Assembly (NCBI GenBank): GCA_977017575.1
Contig: CDRNVI010000177.1
Location: forward strand, 1-64,000
Length of the DNA stretch: 64,000 nt
Source: Paramoeba atlantica
Taxonomy: Eukaryota; Protista; Discosea
Direction of reading: 5' to 3'
The position numbers and the translations under genes were made by a program. This document shows, piece by piece, positions 21,780-34,700 of this stretch (position 1 is the first letter of the stretch; every line of letters begins with the position of its first letter). Under the pieces are notes generated by a model. It was not told the origin of the DNA. It saw only the letters and a list, made by a program, of their open reading frames with translations, and did not search any database.

Positions 21780-24735
21780 TTGTGAAGTGGTCAGAGTTTA
21801 AGGAAGAAAAGAGTGGGCAGGTGAAGGAAAGAAGGAAAGGAAAGAAAGGGAAAAGAAAGAAAGAAAAAGTCAAGGGCAAATCATGGGAAAGATTGGCAAT
21901 GTATCACAAAGGAAACCAACTAAGTAAGTTTATTTCTTTTATCAACAAACAAAAAGAGTATTCATATGAGACAATAAATATAATAAGTGTGGAATTAACA
22001 AGAAATAAAATAAAATGAAAGACAAAAACACACAAGAAAAAGGATGTGGTGGAGAGATTAAATCATAGATAAATGTTACAGAACATAGAATTAATTAACA
22101 TAAAGATTATATAAAATAAACAAATAAGATGGTGTGAAAATATTAAGAGAATAACTTGAATTCAGAGTGAGAACTGGGTGGGAAGAGCTCAGATGAGAGA
22201 GACAGGAATACATGCAGAATCAAAATAGTTTGTACAGTCTTACAAATATTCATCAGGGATATTCACACAACAGGGGAGCACAGTGGTGTACAAAGAGAAA
22301 CAGATTAATTTACATAACATGGAATCAGTTTCCACCAGGATTCTGACACATCCTTCCAAATGAATATGTTTCATATAAATCAGAAGAAGAAATTTCACAA
22401 CACATCAGAAATCAAGAACAATTAAAGCAAAACAGCAAAACAAATGGAATTTACATTTAGCACAGCAAATCAAGATGAGGTGAATAGACAGAGACCCATC
22501 ATTAAACCAAATATCAAGCCATCAAGGAAATCAGAATGAATCACAAAATCACAAAAACAAATATCAGTTGAATAGAATGGAAAAACATAAGGGATTGGTG
22601 CAGAAACAATCAATAATTCAAAACATATTACTTTGAAACAAAAGAGGGATCAACATGAGAGCACAAGAGATAATCAAAGAACTTAAGGTATGGACATGGA
22701 GAACAAGACAGAAAAATTTGATTCAGAAATTCAAAAATAATATAACTCAGGAAAAGAGAAATCAATCCAACAAAAACAGCAGGGAATAGGAAGAGAGGGA
22801 TTTGTGTTCACTATTGGAGACACAGGTGGTGCATTGAATCTTCAGAAATGCTATGTTCACTCATTATTGAGCAAGGATTGGAAGGAAGAAAGAATAAGTG
22901 TTCAATAGGAATCACTATTGCATAGTTCCTCTGGATATGCTACATTTACTCATCATTGAGAAAGGAAGGTGCTGAAGATGTTGAAAAGAAGAATCTTTCA
23001 AAGAAAAGCAAAACAAGTCATCATAAGATGAACCAGTAAGATCAAGAGTAGAAAATCAAAATGTTTTCAATAGAGACAAAGAAATCAAAAGTCCAGTAGA
23101 AATTATTAAAGTGTTATAAGCTTCAGAGATAATTGGGAATAGGTGAGAAGGACATTGGACAGAAAGCAACAGGAATGGAGTACAACAGCAACAAAAAAGA
23201 TAAAAAAGATCATTCAGAATAGTGTTGAAAACATGGTTCAGAGGCAAAGCATTCCAGGTATGCATTTTCAAAATTCAGGGAATGAATTTTCAAAGATAAA
23301 TCGCATATCACATATATAGAAACAAATATATTATTATACAAAGAATAAATGCTGATCAAATCAACAAATGTTACAATTGCATTGAGATTTTAAGAAGAGA
23401 GGTGAGAAAAACATGAGCTGAAAGAAGAACATCAAAGAAAAAATGTCATGGGGCTAGTGAAAATCTATTGCAAGGGTGAGAAAAACAAAAACTCAGAGAA
23501 TCAGAGAAAATAAAATTCAAAACTCACTTGAAAGAACAAAAACAAGGTAATGGAGTTATAAAAGAACAAAGAGGGGACATGAGAACTCCCTTTGAAGGTA
23601 ACAGGTGTTTCAAAAGTAAAGTAATGTTAAAAAGCATTGTTTAAAGGATTGCAAAGATAAAAGCAGTCATCAAATTGCAGGTAGAATAGAAAAAAAATGG
23701 GATAGCAATCTCTAAAAATGATAATAACATTGAAACAGAGGAAGAAAGAACAATATTTACAATCAACCATAAAACAAAAGAGAATTGGAAAGCAAAAACC
23801 AAATCAAAAGATTAAATTGTATAACAATAATTTGACAAGAATAAACTATAGGGAATAATGAAGGAAATCAAATAATACTAAAATATTTTTAAGTGAAGCC
23901 AAGAAATTAGTCACAAGTCATACAAACACTTCTTTCCAATTTGATATTTTGATTTCATCACAATTAAGGCATTTCAAAACAAGAGAGAGTATTAACCATC
24001 AAATCATAAAACTGAATCAATAGAGGAAATTCAAAATCAACTTATTAAAGACCAAGAAAAGACTTAATTCCAATAAATCAACCAATAATTAGAATAAAAT
24101 GTAAATGGTGCAAGATGCTCAATGGAACTTACTGAAAATAAAGTCATTACAAATCAAATTCAAGAATCAGCATCATTACTAGAGAATAAACAAAAACATA
24201 AGACTATAACAGAAGGAAAAGCAAATCAAGATTTCTCAAAAAAAAAAAAAACTTAGAACAGAGAATATCAATGATAAGAAAGAAGCATCAGCAATTGAAT
24301 CAACTTTAAAACAAACAAATCAAATTAGAAAGGTCAAAACTTGAGGGAAAGTACAGTAATCAAAATCAAAACAGCTTCAGGGGTAGTACATCTGAAATGA
24401 CATAAATACAATTTTTTCATGGAATACCCTTCCAACACCAAAATGGGTTTCAAAATTCAAGTAGGAGTATCTAAGAGAGGAATCCAAGTGAAAATAAAGT
24501 CCAGAATCAAAATCACAAAAGGTAAGAGGAAGGTATAAATTTGATAATTTCAAAGCAAAAAAGGAAATCAGGAAAATTTCCATCATCAACTAAAAACAAA
24601 AGAACAAAAAAAATCATTTTGAGGCATCAATTCAAGAATAACAAATTCAAAATGATATTGTTACAAGAAAAATAAGAAGATGGAATCAATTATTTCTTTA
24701 ATAAAATCAACACAGGGATGAATTCAATCAGTTAA
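21780..24735 (+). repeat. Unclassified decayed repeat of about 3 kb (copy 1)
   Basis: Colinear with the reverse complement of about 38935-41880. The matching antisense ORFs 24377-24589 and 39053-39244 confirm this. No recognisable domain. Confidence 0.85.
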
Positions 24736-24742
24736 AAAAAAA

Positions 24743-26935
24743 TTTTTTTTTAATTTAAACATCAAAAATATCATTTATTGAAATGAAGTGTAATCTAGAT
24801 ATTTAAGAATATACTTAAATTAAATTATTATGGTCAAGTAAGATTAATTCACTTCAATACTAATTTAGTAGCTAAAAGTTCTAATGTTTCTTTCTATTTC
24901 TCATTCAAATCTCTTTTAAAATTCTTTTCTTTTCATTAACTTTAATAGATTTAATAATCTTCCTTTTTATAGAAAGTCTTATTACACTTTTCAACTAGTG
25001 GTTCCTTGCTTGCTCATACTCTTTTCTTCACTTTTGATTTTCTTTCTCAACAAAACTTTTTAACATTTCATCAAATGCAACTCTTTTAGGAAACCACTTA
25101 ATAATATTATTTAACTTTCTTCACAAAAAAGCTTCAATTTAAATCCAATGGTTTCATTACCCATTTTCATAATTTAGAATTTTTAATAATCCATTTCTCA
25201 TTGATTGTTGTTAGTTGCTTCAATCTTGGATCTTAGTTTTTATCAAACATAGTTTCCATTTCATCCTCTTCAAAGTGACTTGTTGCTATTATAATCACAT
25301 CTGATCTTTTGTTGAATTTGTAATACACATGAATGTACTTTATTTTGGCAAATTTACTTTTAACAATATTTCTAATCTTAGATAAGATTTCATTGAACTC
25401 AAAATTATTAATTCATTTTAGATGCTGCCTCAATTAAAATTTTACAATTTCCCACTATCTTTACATGTTATCCAAAACCAATAACTTATTGTAAACCAGT
25501 TAAGTATCTTGAAAACTCATTCAAGTTATTTGAGTTTAATGGAATTGTTTTAAATCTACCTCCAACTTTCAAATCTTTCTTAATAATCACACATTCAAAT
25601 TCTCCAATGCAGAAATTTACATACTTAAAGCTATCATAAAACACTTGTAAGGTAGAGTATTTGAACTTTAGTTGTTTCACTTCTCTTTTACCTTTGGAGG
25701 AAGCCTTCTTTATAGTCTAAAGTTTGAGAATCATTTTGTTTGTCTTAGCAATTTCATCAAAAATTTTAATAATAAAGCTTGAGAACTTAGATTCTTCTAC
25801 ACATACAATAATCCATAAGCTCAATAGAGCTATACTCACTGCAAATGCTTTAGCCTTTTTTAAATATTAGTTTGTGAATTCACACACAAAGTTAGCACTC
25901 TTCCACCTAGGAATCTTTAAAACAAAGCATTTCTTCTTAATAGTTTTTAAAATCATCTTAGCTTTCAAACATTCTTTGAGAAGGTGCATCTTTGACTTTT
26001 TGGCTTTTCTACACAGCTGACAAAGTAAACTCACAAATGTGAAATGGACAATCTTATCCACAGTTGGAAGGCCCCTCAAGAAGAACTTCAGAAGATTTTG
26101 CTTAATCTGGAGTCTTTGTGGAAGAGATAAATTATAGATCATACATTTCAAGCACCCATCCTCCACATAGAAATTCTTTACTCTTACAAAAATATTTCAA
26201 AATAGAAGAAAGAAAAATCTCTTGATTTTGGAGCTCATCTTTACTTGTTCTAAGATAACCCTATTAGCTTCTAAAGCATCAATCTTTATAGCTTCAATGA
26301 ACAATGGATTCTTATAATGATCTTGGAGAGGCTTTCTTGATACCAGTAAAGTCCAGTTAAACAAAATAAGATGTTTAACTTAGGGTTTTTCAAAGAACAA
26401 AAGACAAAGAAAAGTCATTACATAGGACTTTAGATTTGTATATGCACCTAAGGCTGAATGAATGGCTTTCCACATCTTTGAGGAGATAGCTTTTGAAATA
26501 AGCTTAAATCTTGTTAAATAATCTATACAAGGAATAAAGTAAGTATTAATTATCTAAACTCTTTCATTAAAGCTGCCTTTCTTTTGCTTAATTGCTGTTC
26601 CAACCTTTTGTATTTTCTTGATCATCCCTTCTCAATCCTTAGTTGGGTTTATTCTTCAAGAAATTATAATTTCCAAGTATACAATCTCCTCTTTCAAATA
26701 ATTAGCCAAAGGCATTTCAATCCAAGGGTTTTTTTCAGTTAATAATACAAAATATTTATTATAGTTGAGTTTAGCTTCAGTTCTTTGTTCATATTCTTGG
26801 AAGATTGAGGTTAAAGAATTTATGGATTGAACCCTATGGAGGAAAAAGATTAAGTCATCCATAAACCCAATAAGCTTCTTAAAATCATCTCCATTGTTCA
26901 AACTAACCAACAAAACATCAAAAAGGATAATAATA
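24743..26935 (-). mobile_element. LINE copy C: 5'-truncated, strongly AT-mutated
   Basis: Aligns to copy B from about 33890 to the poly(A). ORF remnants 26656-26913, 25867-26166 and 25486-25680 match RT, zinc-finger and RNase H segments. Confidence 0.93.
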
Positions 26936-26954
26936 TTAATATTAATATTAATAT

Positions 26955-27123
26955 TCTTTGTTTTTTAGTAGACAGGGCAAAAAATAACCTGTTCTGTTTT
27001 TCACATTCAAATGAATAGGAAGAAAAAATAATATTTTTAATATTTTCCTCTTTGAGATTTGAACCTGCAACCTTAAATTGAAGCAATAGCTGTTTTACCA
27101 ATTAAACCATCATATTACAATTG
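26955..27123 (-). mobile_element. SINE family B, 5' half (tRNA head plus core)
   Basis: GGTTTAATTGGTA A-box-like and GGTTCAAATCT B-box. Matches about 37500-37668. Joined to LINE C through (AATATT)n filler. Confidence 0.85.
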
Positions 27124-28337
27124 TAGGGTTATTAATTAGGTATTCAGGAATTCTTTTCTTCCAAGAGTTGATCTTCCACTCTTTTACACTGGTCCCTTCA
27201 ATCATTACAATATGATCTTTAAAACCAAATAAGATTCCATTTATAAACAAATGATCTTCAGAAGTCTTCAAAGAAAGGAAAATATAATCAATATACTGCC
27301 CCTGAAAATGGATGGGTTTTGACCAGTTGAGGCAAGACAAATTCATATCAGAAAGATGTTCAATTAATTTCTAGCAATTGGTTTTGTTTAAATCTCAATT
27401 GAGATTCCTAACCAAAATATTTTTGCTCTAGGAGAAAAATCAGGAAGATTCTTCCATTAGGTGTTCCAGTTTCAAACCAGGGTGGTGATAAACATTGAAG
27501 ATTAAGAATTTCTGATTTTGGATGAAAACTTTTAATTCAAATGATTTACCTTCATTTTTCTCAAAAAAGAAGAGAATGAGATCTTTCAATCCTTTCACAT
27601 GTCTAATTCCAATCATAAGACCACATTTCCTCTCTGAGAAGGAATCACAAAACCAAATGTACTTCCTCAAGTAGTTCTTAAGATGATTAAAATCATTTTC
27701 AGATGTTGCATAGGTTTCCTGGAGGAAGATGTATCAAAGCCAAGAGTTAACTGTTTTTTTTTTTTTTTTTTTTTTTTTTTTTCTTTTTGAAGCAAACTTT
27801 ATTCAATTAGTAGTTCTTAATCTAAGCCATTTAAATTACATTAAATTATGTTTGTTTTTAATCTTTAATGAGAGGTAAAGTTTTTAAACTTTAGCTTAGT
27901 TTAGTTAGTTTTTATACTGAACTTTAGAACTTCTACAAGTTCAGGCTGGAGAATGTACATCAAAAGAGAGAATAATTCAAAACTCTTTTCAAGGGAATTT
28001 ATTTTCAACTTTTTAGCAAATAAGGCTGAAATGTAATCTGTTTTGATTTTCACACTTTTTCAAAAGCTTTTCACTTCAATCAAATTATTTTACAGCACCA
28101 AAAAAATTTTCTAAAATATTGAAAAACTGGGATTTGAACTTGCCCCCCTAGGGTTGAATATAGTTGAATTTATAACTAAACTACAGGCACTAACCCTCAA
28201 GAGCTAGCTATTATTTTCTTGCAGATCTTGAGTTTTTTTTCATTTTAAAGTTTATTTATGTTCCAGGAGAGGACTTTCAAGTTAAGGAAATAAAAAAAAT
28301 ATTGAATTTAGGATAAATTGGAAGGATTGAATTCCAG
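27124..28337 (-). pseudogene. AP endonuclease domain of a second, diverged LINE family
   Basis: VLSWNIN (28262-28277), IFLQET, LRKYIW, FNVYHHPGLK, YIDYIF and FKDH. Homologous to, but clearly different in amino acids from, copy B. Interrupted by a SINE-A. Confidence 0.85.
27754..28197 (-). mobile_element. SINE family A (decayed)
   Basis: Reverse complement of 1635-2053 with a poly(T) at 27754-27782. Degenerate 13-bp TSD CAAGAGTTAACTG / CAAGAGCTAGCTA. Confidence 0.9.
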
Positions 28338-29193
28338 CACATGAGGGTGGGCTCAAGCTGCACTTGCAGTCAAGGCAATTTGTGGATTTGAATTGAACTG
28401 TTGGAGAGGTTTCAATACCCTGAAAGTTAGCTAATGTTATTGCTCACCTCAGCTCACAAACAGCCTCAACTTGACTTTTTTCCATTGTTCAAACTTTTAA
28501 CCATTAAAAAAAAACCAAAAAAAACATTAATTGTTGAAAAAATAACTTTGATGGTTGAAAAAAAACAACAAAAATTTTAACCATTGAAAAAATAATTTCA
28601 ATAGTCAAAAAAAAACAAAAAAAAAATTGATTGTTGAAAAAAAAGTGCTTTTTTTTTGCATTTTTTTTTCAACTACCAAAAAACAAAGCTATCACCAGTT
28701 TTTTGTTTTGTTTTTTCTCTCCAAAACTGAAAAAAAGATTGAAAAGAGTGTTTGAGAGTGAGTTTTGAGGTATTTTTTGAAGAAAAAAAAATTTGTTTCT
28801 CTTTTCACTTTTTTATCATCAAATGAATTTACAATAAGAAATTTCTTTTTGTTTGAATTAATCAACAAAACAAGTTCTTTTTTTTCCTTCCACAATATCA
28901 TCATCTTTAACTTCAATATACAACCTTTTCTTTCAAATCAAACAATCCAATCATCAAAAAAATAACAAATACACACTTTTTTTCTTTTTTCTTTTTCTTT
29001 TTTGTTCTATTTTTTCAACTTTCACCATTCTCATTCAACCAAAAAACAAACAAATCAAAAGAGAGACCATAAAAGTGAACATATGGATATAATATCAGAT
29101 TTTTTTTTTGAAGACTCAAAAGAAATATCTGAAGTTACTTTAACCCCAAAAAATATCATAATTGCAAGTGCAGCTTGAGCTCACCTCTGTGTG
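28338..29193. mobile_element. Non-autonomous DNA transposon with 33-bp CAC...GTG terminal inverted repeats (CMC/CACTA-like)
   Basis: 28338-28370 and 29161-29193 match as inverted repeats at 27/33. Flanked by AG on both sides (2-bp TSD). Non-coding, AT-rich interior. Confidence 0.7.
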
Positions 29194-29206
29194 AGAGGAG
29201 ATTTGG

Positions 29207-29258
<52 letters not shown>

Positions 29259-29340
29259 GGGGGTTCAAGATACAATTGTCTGAATTTCCTATCTTTTGTT
29301 GTAGTGTGTATTCTTGTGGCTGGTTGCCACAGAAAATATT

Positions 29341-31614
29341 ATGGAAACCTCTTCACCCAGTGTAAAGGAAGGAGAGGGAATTTCTGCTAGAAACGCCTGG
29401 TCAGGATGAGCGGATAGTGAATCATTTGCTCAAGTTGTAAAAAAAAGTGAAAGAAAGAAAAGACCTCTCGAAACCAAGGAAGGCTTTCCAGCCTTTAAAG
29501 GTCTCAGCGATGTGTTACACAAGATTGATCGGAACAATGTCAGACTATACCAAGGTTTAGTCGTGCGCCTGAACCCAAAAACTGTTGTTGGAGCCAAGTT
29601 GAGACCAACAAAGTTAGTGGGATTACTGGATTTTAGACTGGGACTTCCCAACTTCAATGAGATTATCAAAGCGATTGAAAATGTGACTTCTCTTAAAGGA
29701 AAGATTTTTGTGAACGTCAAGCAGGGCCATTTTGTGATCTCAGCGCTCGAGAACATGGATGCTGCCAGTGTAGAAAAAGAGTTTTTGAGCAAAGGTGACG
29801 AATTGGCAAAAAAACTCAAGAAATCTTTTGTCTGGAGGAACAATGAGGACGCAAAATTGTGGGGGCTCAAAATCAGGGTTCCCTTCGAAGCTGAGGGCAT
29901 GGAGTGGATCCAGAATCTTTTTGCTGGCCCAAATTCTCTTCCAAGACATAATTTGAAGGAAGTAGTTCAAATTGCCCAAAATTGTATTGTTTTGGTTTAC
30001 AACCAAATTCCCATTAACCTTGTCCGTCTCATCGCCCACACCAAGGGGTGGTTGGGGATTAGCAATACTCAAGCTCGAGTTTCTGTTTGGACCCCAGCGA
30101 GGCCCTTTGATAAAGTGGTGAAATGCCTCACTTGCCAAATTAACCATCTTGCTTGTTTGGATTGTTTATTTGAAATTTTACAAAAAAAGGATCCAAGTGA
30201 AGTTGGCAATATGGCAAGAACGGAAATGTACTCGATCAACACCTGCAACCCCAAAGGAGTTAAGATAAGAAAACAAGCTGCCAGAGATGGTGTGCAATTT
30301 AACTTCGTCTTGCCTGAAGGAGTCCCCTCATCCTGTGCCCCCCTCGGTAAAACTGGTGAGCCTATGGTAGTGGGTCCTGAGAGAATAGATCAAACTCCCC
30401 CCAAGTCACAAGCTTCTAAGCCTGCTGAAGGTCTCTCCCCCATTGGTGTTAAAAAAGATGGCTCAAATTTACCTGTGCGTAATGCTGGTGGCCAAGGGTT
30501 GGTGTCTCATTCACCTAATGTTATTCCTGCCGAACCTACCCCTCCGAAGGGCCCCCTTCCTGTGAAGAAGAGCCATGAAGTTGTACCCAATAACTTCAAA
30601 GTACCTTCTTCCACAACTAAGGGATCAGCTGTCCAAAGGAGTTCCTCTGTGGGTCCAGTCAAGCGTGATGCTGCAGCTCTGAGTAAGACGAGTTCGTTTT
30701 CTCCCATCAAGACCAAAACCCCTTCGAAAATTAAAACGATAAATGGGAGCAGCAAACAAGGTAGTGGATTCTCAGTGCCCCCCATATTGCCAGCCCAGCA
30801 ACCACAAGCGCAACCAAAAAAGAAAAGTACCCGGACATCGGTGAACACATGTTCCAACCCAGTAGTCTCTTCCTTTAAGTCTGCTTCTTCACCAAAAGAG
30901 ACTGTGGGCAAGTCAAGAAATTGCGCTGATTCTGTGATCCAGAAGAAGGAGAACAGAAGAAGCCAACCTGTTTCCAGCCCTGCTCCCATCTTCATCAACG
31001 AAGAAGATTTACCGGTCGAAAATGGATTGGTGGAGGAACCTGACAATAGAAGGGAGGCGAAATCAATGTTAAAGAAATTGAACCTGAACATCGAATGGGC
31101 AAGCGCAACCGAGGATTTCAGAAGAGTTTATGAGGGGTTGGAGAATGGCTCAATTTTCCCAGAGGATAGGAGATTAAGGCATCAAGCTTTCTATTTGGTT
31201 GAGTACCTTATGAAGACAGGATGCACCAAGAGGAAGAAGGGCGGATCAGAAGAGGTGATTAATGTTAGAGTAGGGTGGGAGAAAGGAAAGAATGAGAGTG
31301 AAGAGGAAAAGGGAAAAATATCGCAAAAGAAAAGAAAAATCGCACAAGAAAAGGAAAGCGGGGAAAGAAAGCTGGTGAATTTCCCAAATGAGGAAGGGGT
31401 GGGTGTTGTTCATCCACTTATGGAAAAACCCGAGGAAAGAGGCAGTGATGTCCAAGACGGTGTCCCCTTTTCCTTTTCGTTTGAAGGGTCAGATATGAGA
31501 GTGGAAGAAGAAGAGGAGGAAGAGGGGGATGCTATGGAGATCGAAATGAACAAGGAGTTTGCCAGAACAACCCAAGCAAGGAGAGAGAGTGAGGGAGGGA
31601 AGTCAGTTGTTTAA
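29341..31614 (+). CDS. LINE ORF1 (about 757 codons; one in-frame TGA at 29407)
   Basis: ATG 29341 is in frame with ORF 29512-31614. Contains the Cys/His cluster KCLTCQINHLACLDC, a P/S/K-rich linker and an acidic C-terminus. Confidence 0.85.
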
Positions 31615-31704
31615 AAAAAAAAAAAAAACACAAAAACACAAAAACACAAAAACACAAAAACACAAAAACACAAAAACACAAAAAAAAAAAAAAAAAACAA
31701 ACAA

Positions 31705-34700
31705 ATGATGACTAAACTCAGGAAGAAGAAGAATAAGAAGAGAAAGGAAAAGGGATTGGTGGATATTAGAAGTAGCTTTGGTGTGGGCCCCCAAGTAGCC
31801 CCTCCCCTGACAACAAATTTGCCTAATGTATCCCAGTTAGAGTGCCTCCCATCAGGTCCTCCGAGTGAGCCAGGAGTTGACCCCTGTGATAGGTCCTCAG
31901 CTAATTTAAGTGAGAGTGATGAACATAGGTTTCCTGATGCACGTGTTATCTCCTGGAATATGAATGGGATTCAAAATTTCGAAAAATTGAGAACCCTTCA
32001 GAAGATGGCTGGGAGTTGTCGACCTCTTTTCATTTTGATTCAAGAATCTCACTCTGATTTTGAATGCGACCTTGATCTCATCAGGAACCAATTGAGGAAG
32101 TATATCTGGTTGAGAGACAACTCCTCTGGGAAGAGGAGGGGTCTGCTCATTGGAGTTAGGCGGATGGAGGGGGTGAAAGAGATCTCTCCCTGTTTCTTTG
32201 ACCAGACCATGAGTGGATTATTTGGTGTCCATGTGACTATTGGATCGACGAACTATTCTGTCCTGAATATATACCGTCACCCTGACCTCAAAGTAGCCAC
32301 CATCTCGCAAGAGGCTGCTCGTTTTTTCGACCAGAACCCCAGGAGCATAAATATCTTTGGGGGTGATTTCAATTGGGATGTGAAGGAAAAACAGATGGGG
32401 GAAATTGAAAAGTGTTGTGCTTCTCTCTGTATGTCACGCTTGAAATGGGATGAACCCACACATTATAAAGGGAGGTGTATTGACCATATCTTCTTCTTGT
32501 CCAAGGCTCCATTAAAACGTTTGTTTATCAATGCCATCCCGTCCGGCTTTAAAGATCATGCACTGCTGATTGGAGGATCCTCGTTTAAGGAATGGGAGAT
32601 TCGGGCGAATAAGAAATCCATCCCTAAGTATCTGATTAATGACCATGGATTCATCAACACTCTTATTGAGAGGATGGATACCTTCTCTGAGGGTGATGAT
32701 CCCAACGAGTTTTTGACCAGATTTAAGACCACAGCTTGGGAATTAGTTCCCTACTGGAGAGAAAGAAACACTGAGGCAGCATTGTTTAGAGAACTGTGGA
32801 AGATCCACTCTCTTGTAAGATCCCTTCGCAATTCTCGCATTTTTAGGAAATCTACTGTCCAGAGGCCATACTTTTCCCTTGAAATGGGTCTGTTGGACCA
32901 GGCCTCCCTTGGTTGGAAAGGTCTGAAGGAAGGGAAGTCGTGGAGGAGAGGAATAATCCCCAGAATGATTTCTGCAGCGCTCAAGAAGATTGAATGCATT
33001 GAAGGACAGTTGGGGATCTTTATTGACAGTCACCCTGCGAGGCCTAAAGCGAGATCATCCCCAAGGGTTAAAGGAATTGTTGTGGATGGGGTCATTTCCA
33101 GAGATAATGGTGTGGTCCAGAAAGCAATTAAAGAATTTTGAGGGAATCTATTGGGCTCAGTGAGGCCATACAACAAGGACTCCCTCCAGAAGCTGATTGA
33201 GAACCATAAACCTCGGTTTCCTAAGGTTGATTACCATGTTGTTGATGGGGCCAAGGTTGATAAACTGCTGCGACGGTGCAATAATTCAAGCGCTGGCCCA
33301 GATGGTATCCCCTTTGCTCTCTACAGAGTGACAAGCGAACAGCTGTGTGATATGTGGTGTGAACTTATCCAGAGAGCTGGGGAATCAATGGATTTCCCTG
33401 AGTCGTTTGGGGAGAGTCAGCTTGTGTTACTACCTAAGATTGAGAATATTCTTCGTCCTGACCAATTTCGACCAATAAGTATTACCAATTCTGATTATCG
33501 GATTGTGATGAGATATTGGGCCAAATGGCTGATGGAGAGTGCCAGAGAGGTGATTTCCCCAGAACAAAATGCTATATTTGCTGGAAGGTCCATTGATAAT
33601 GCAGTGGAATCGATACATGATGGGTTTATGGAAGTGGTAGTGGAGGGCAAAGATGTGACCATCCTCCAAACTGATTTCTGTAAGGCCTATGACTATGTTA
33701 ACTGTGAAGCCCTGATGGAGTTGCTGATTGGGTTGAATGCTCCACCCCAAGCCCTTGAAGTTGTATCTAAAGTTCTGCGAGAGTCAGATACATGGCTCCC
33801 AACTGTAGGATCGAATGATAAGACACAGAAGGAAGCCATCAAGAGCCGGACTGGTGTGTGACAAGGCTGCCCCATTTCACCTCTTCTGTTCATTATCCTT
33901 TTTGATGTTTTATTGGTTAGTTTGAACAATGGGGGTAACCTTGAGAAGCTTGCTGGGTTCATGGATGACTTAGCCCTTCTCCTTCACAGGGTTCAGTCCA
34001 TAAATTCCTTGACCTCAACCTTCCAAGAATATGAACAAGGAACCGGGGCCAAACTCAACTACAACAAATGCTTTGTATTGTCAACTGAAAAATTCGCTCC
34101 TGTGGGCCCTTGGGTTGAAATGCCTTCAGTTAATTATTTGGGAGAGGAGACTGTGTACTTGGGAGTTACAATTTCTCGAAAAATGAACCCAACTAAAGAC
34201 TGGGAAGGGGTGATCAAGAAAATGCAGAAGGTTGGAACAGCAATTAAGCAAAGGAAAGGCAGCTTCAAGGAGAGAGTCTGGATGATCAATACTTACCTTA
34301 TTCCTTGTATGGGTTATTTGGCAAGATTCAAGCTTATCTCGAAAGCTGTCTCCTCGAAGATGTGGAAGGCCATTCGTTCAGCCTTAGGCGCATATGCAAA
34401 TCTAAGGTCTTGTGTAATGACCTCCCTTCGTCCCCCCTTCTTTGAAAAACCCCAAGTTAGACACCCTATTCTGTTTAACTGGGCTCTGCTGATATCGAGG
34501 AAACCTCTTCAAGATCATTATAGGAATCCATTGTCCATTGGGGCCATGAGGATTGATGCTTTGGAAGCTAGTGGTGCTATCTCAGAACAAGTGAGGATGG
34601 GCTCTAAAACCAAGAGATCCTTCTCTCTCCTCTCTTGGAACATTTCTGTGGGAGTGGAGAATTTCTATGTGGGGGATGGGTGCTTGAAATGTGTGATCTA

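Noticed and set aside
22300-22960. CACTA-transposase-like words (IYITWNQFPPG, VPLDMLHL) in the unclassified repeat
   Set aside because: They are short, lie in different frames and are not preserved in the second copy. This is too weak without a profile search.
31608-31620. -1 slippery TTTAAAA at the LINE ORF1 stop
   Set aside because: It is not in X-XXY-YYZ register with ORF1, and the ORF1/ORF2 frame relation differs between copies A and B.
8615-33861. UGA reassigned to an amino acid: all seven premature stops in gypsy-1 and LINE B are in-frame TGA
   Set aside because: The TGAs align to Arg in some places (TA*GN, GV*QG, from CGA) and to Trp in another (EF*GN, TGG in copy A). Older copies also gain TAA and TAG. 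C>T/G>A mutation explains all of them.
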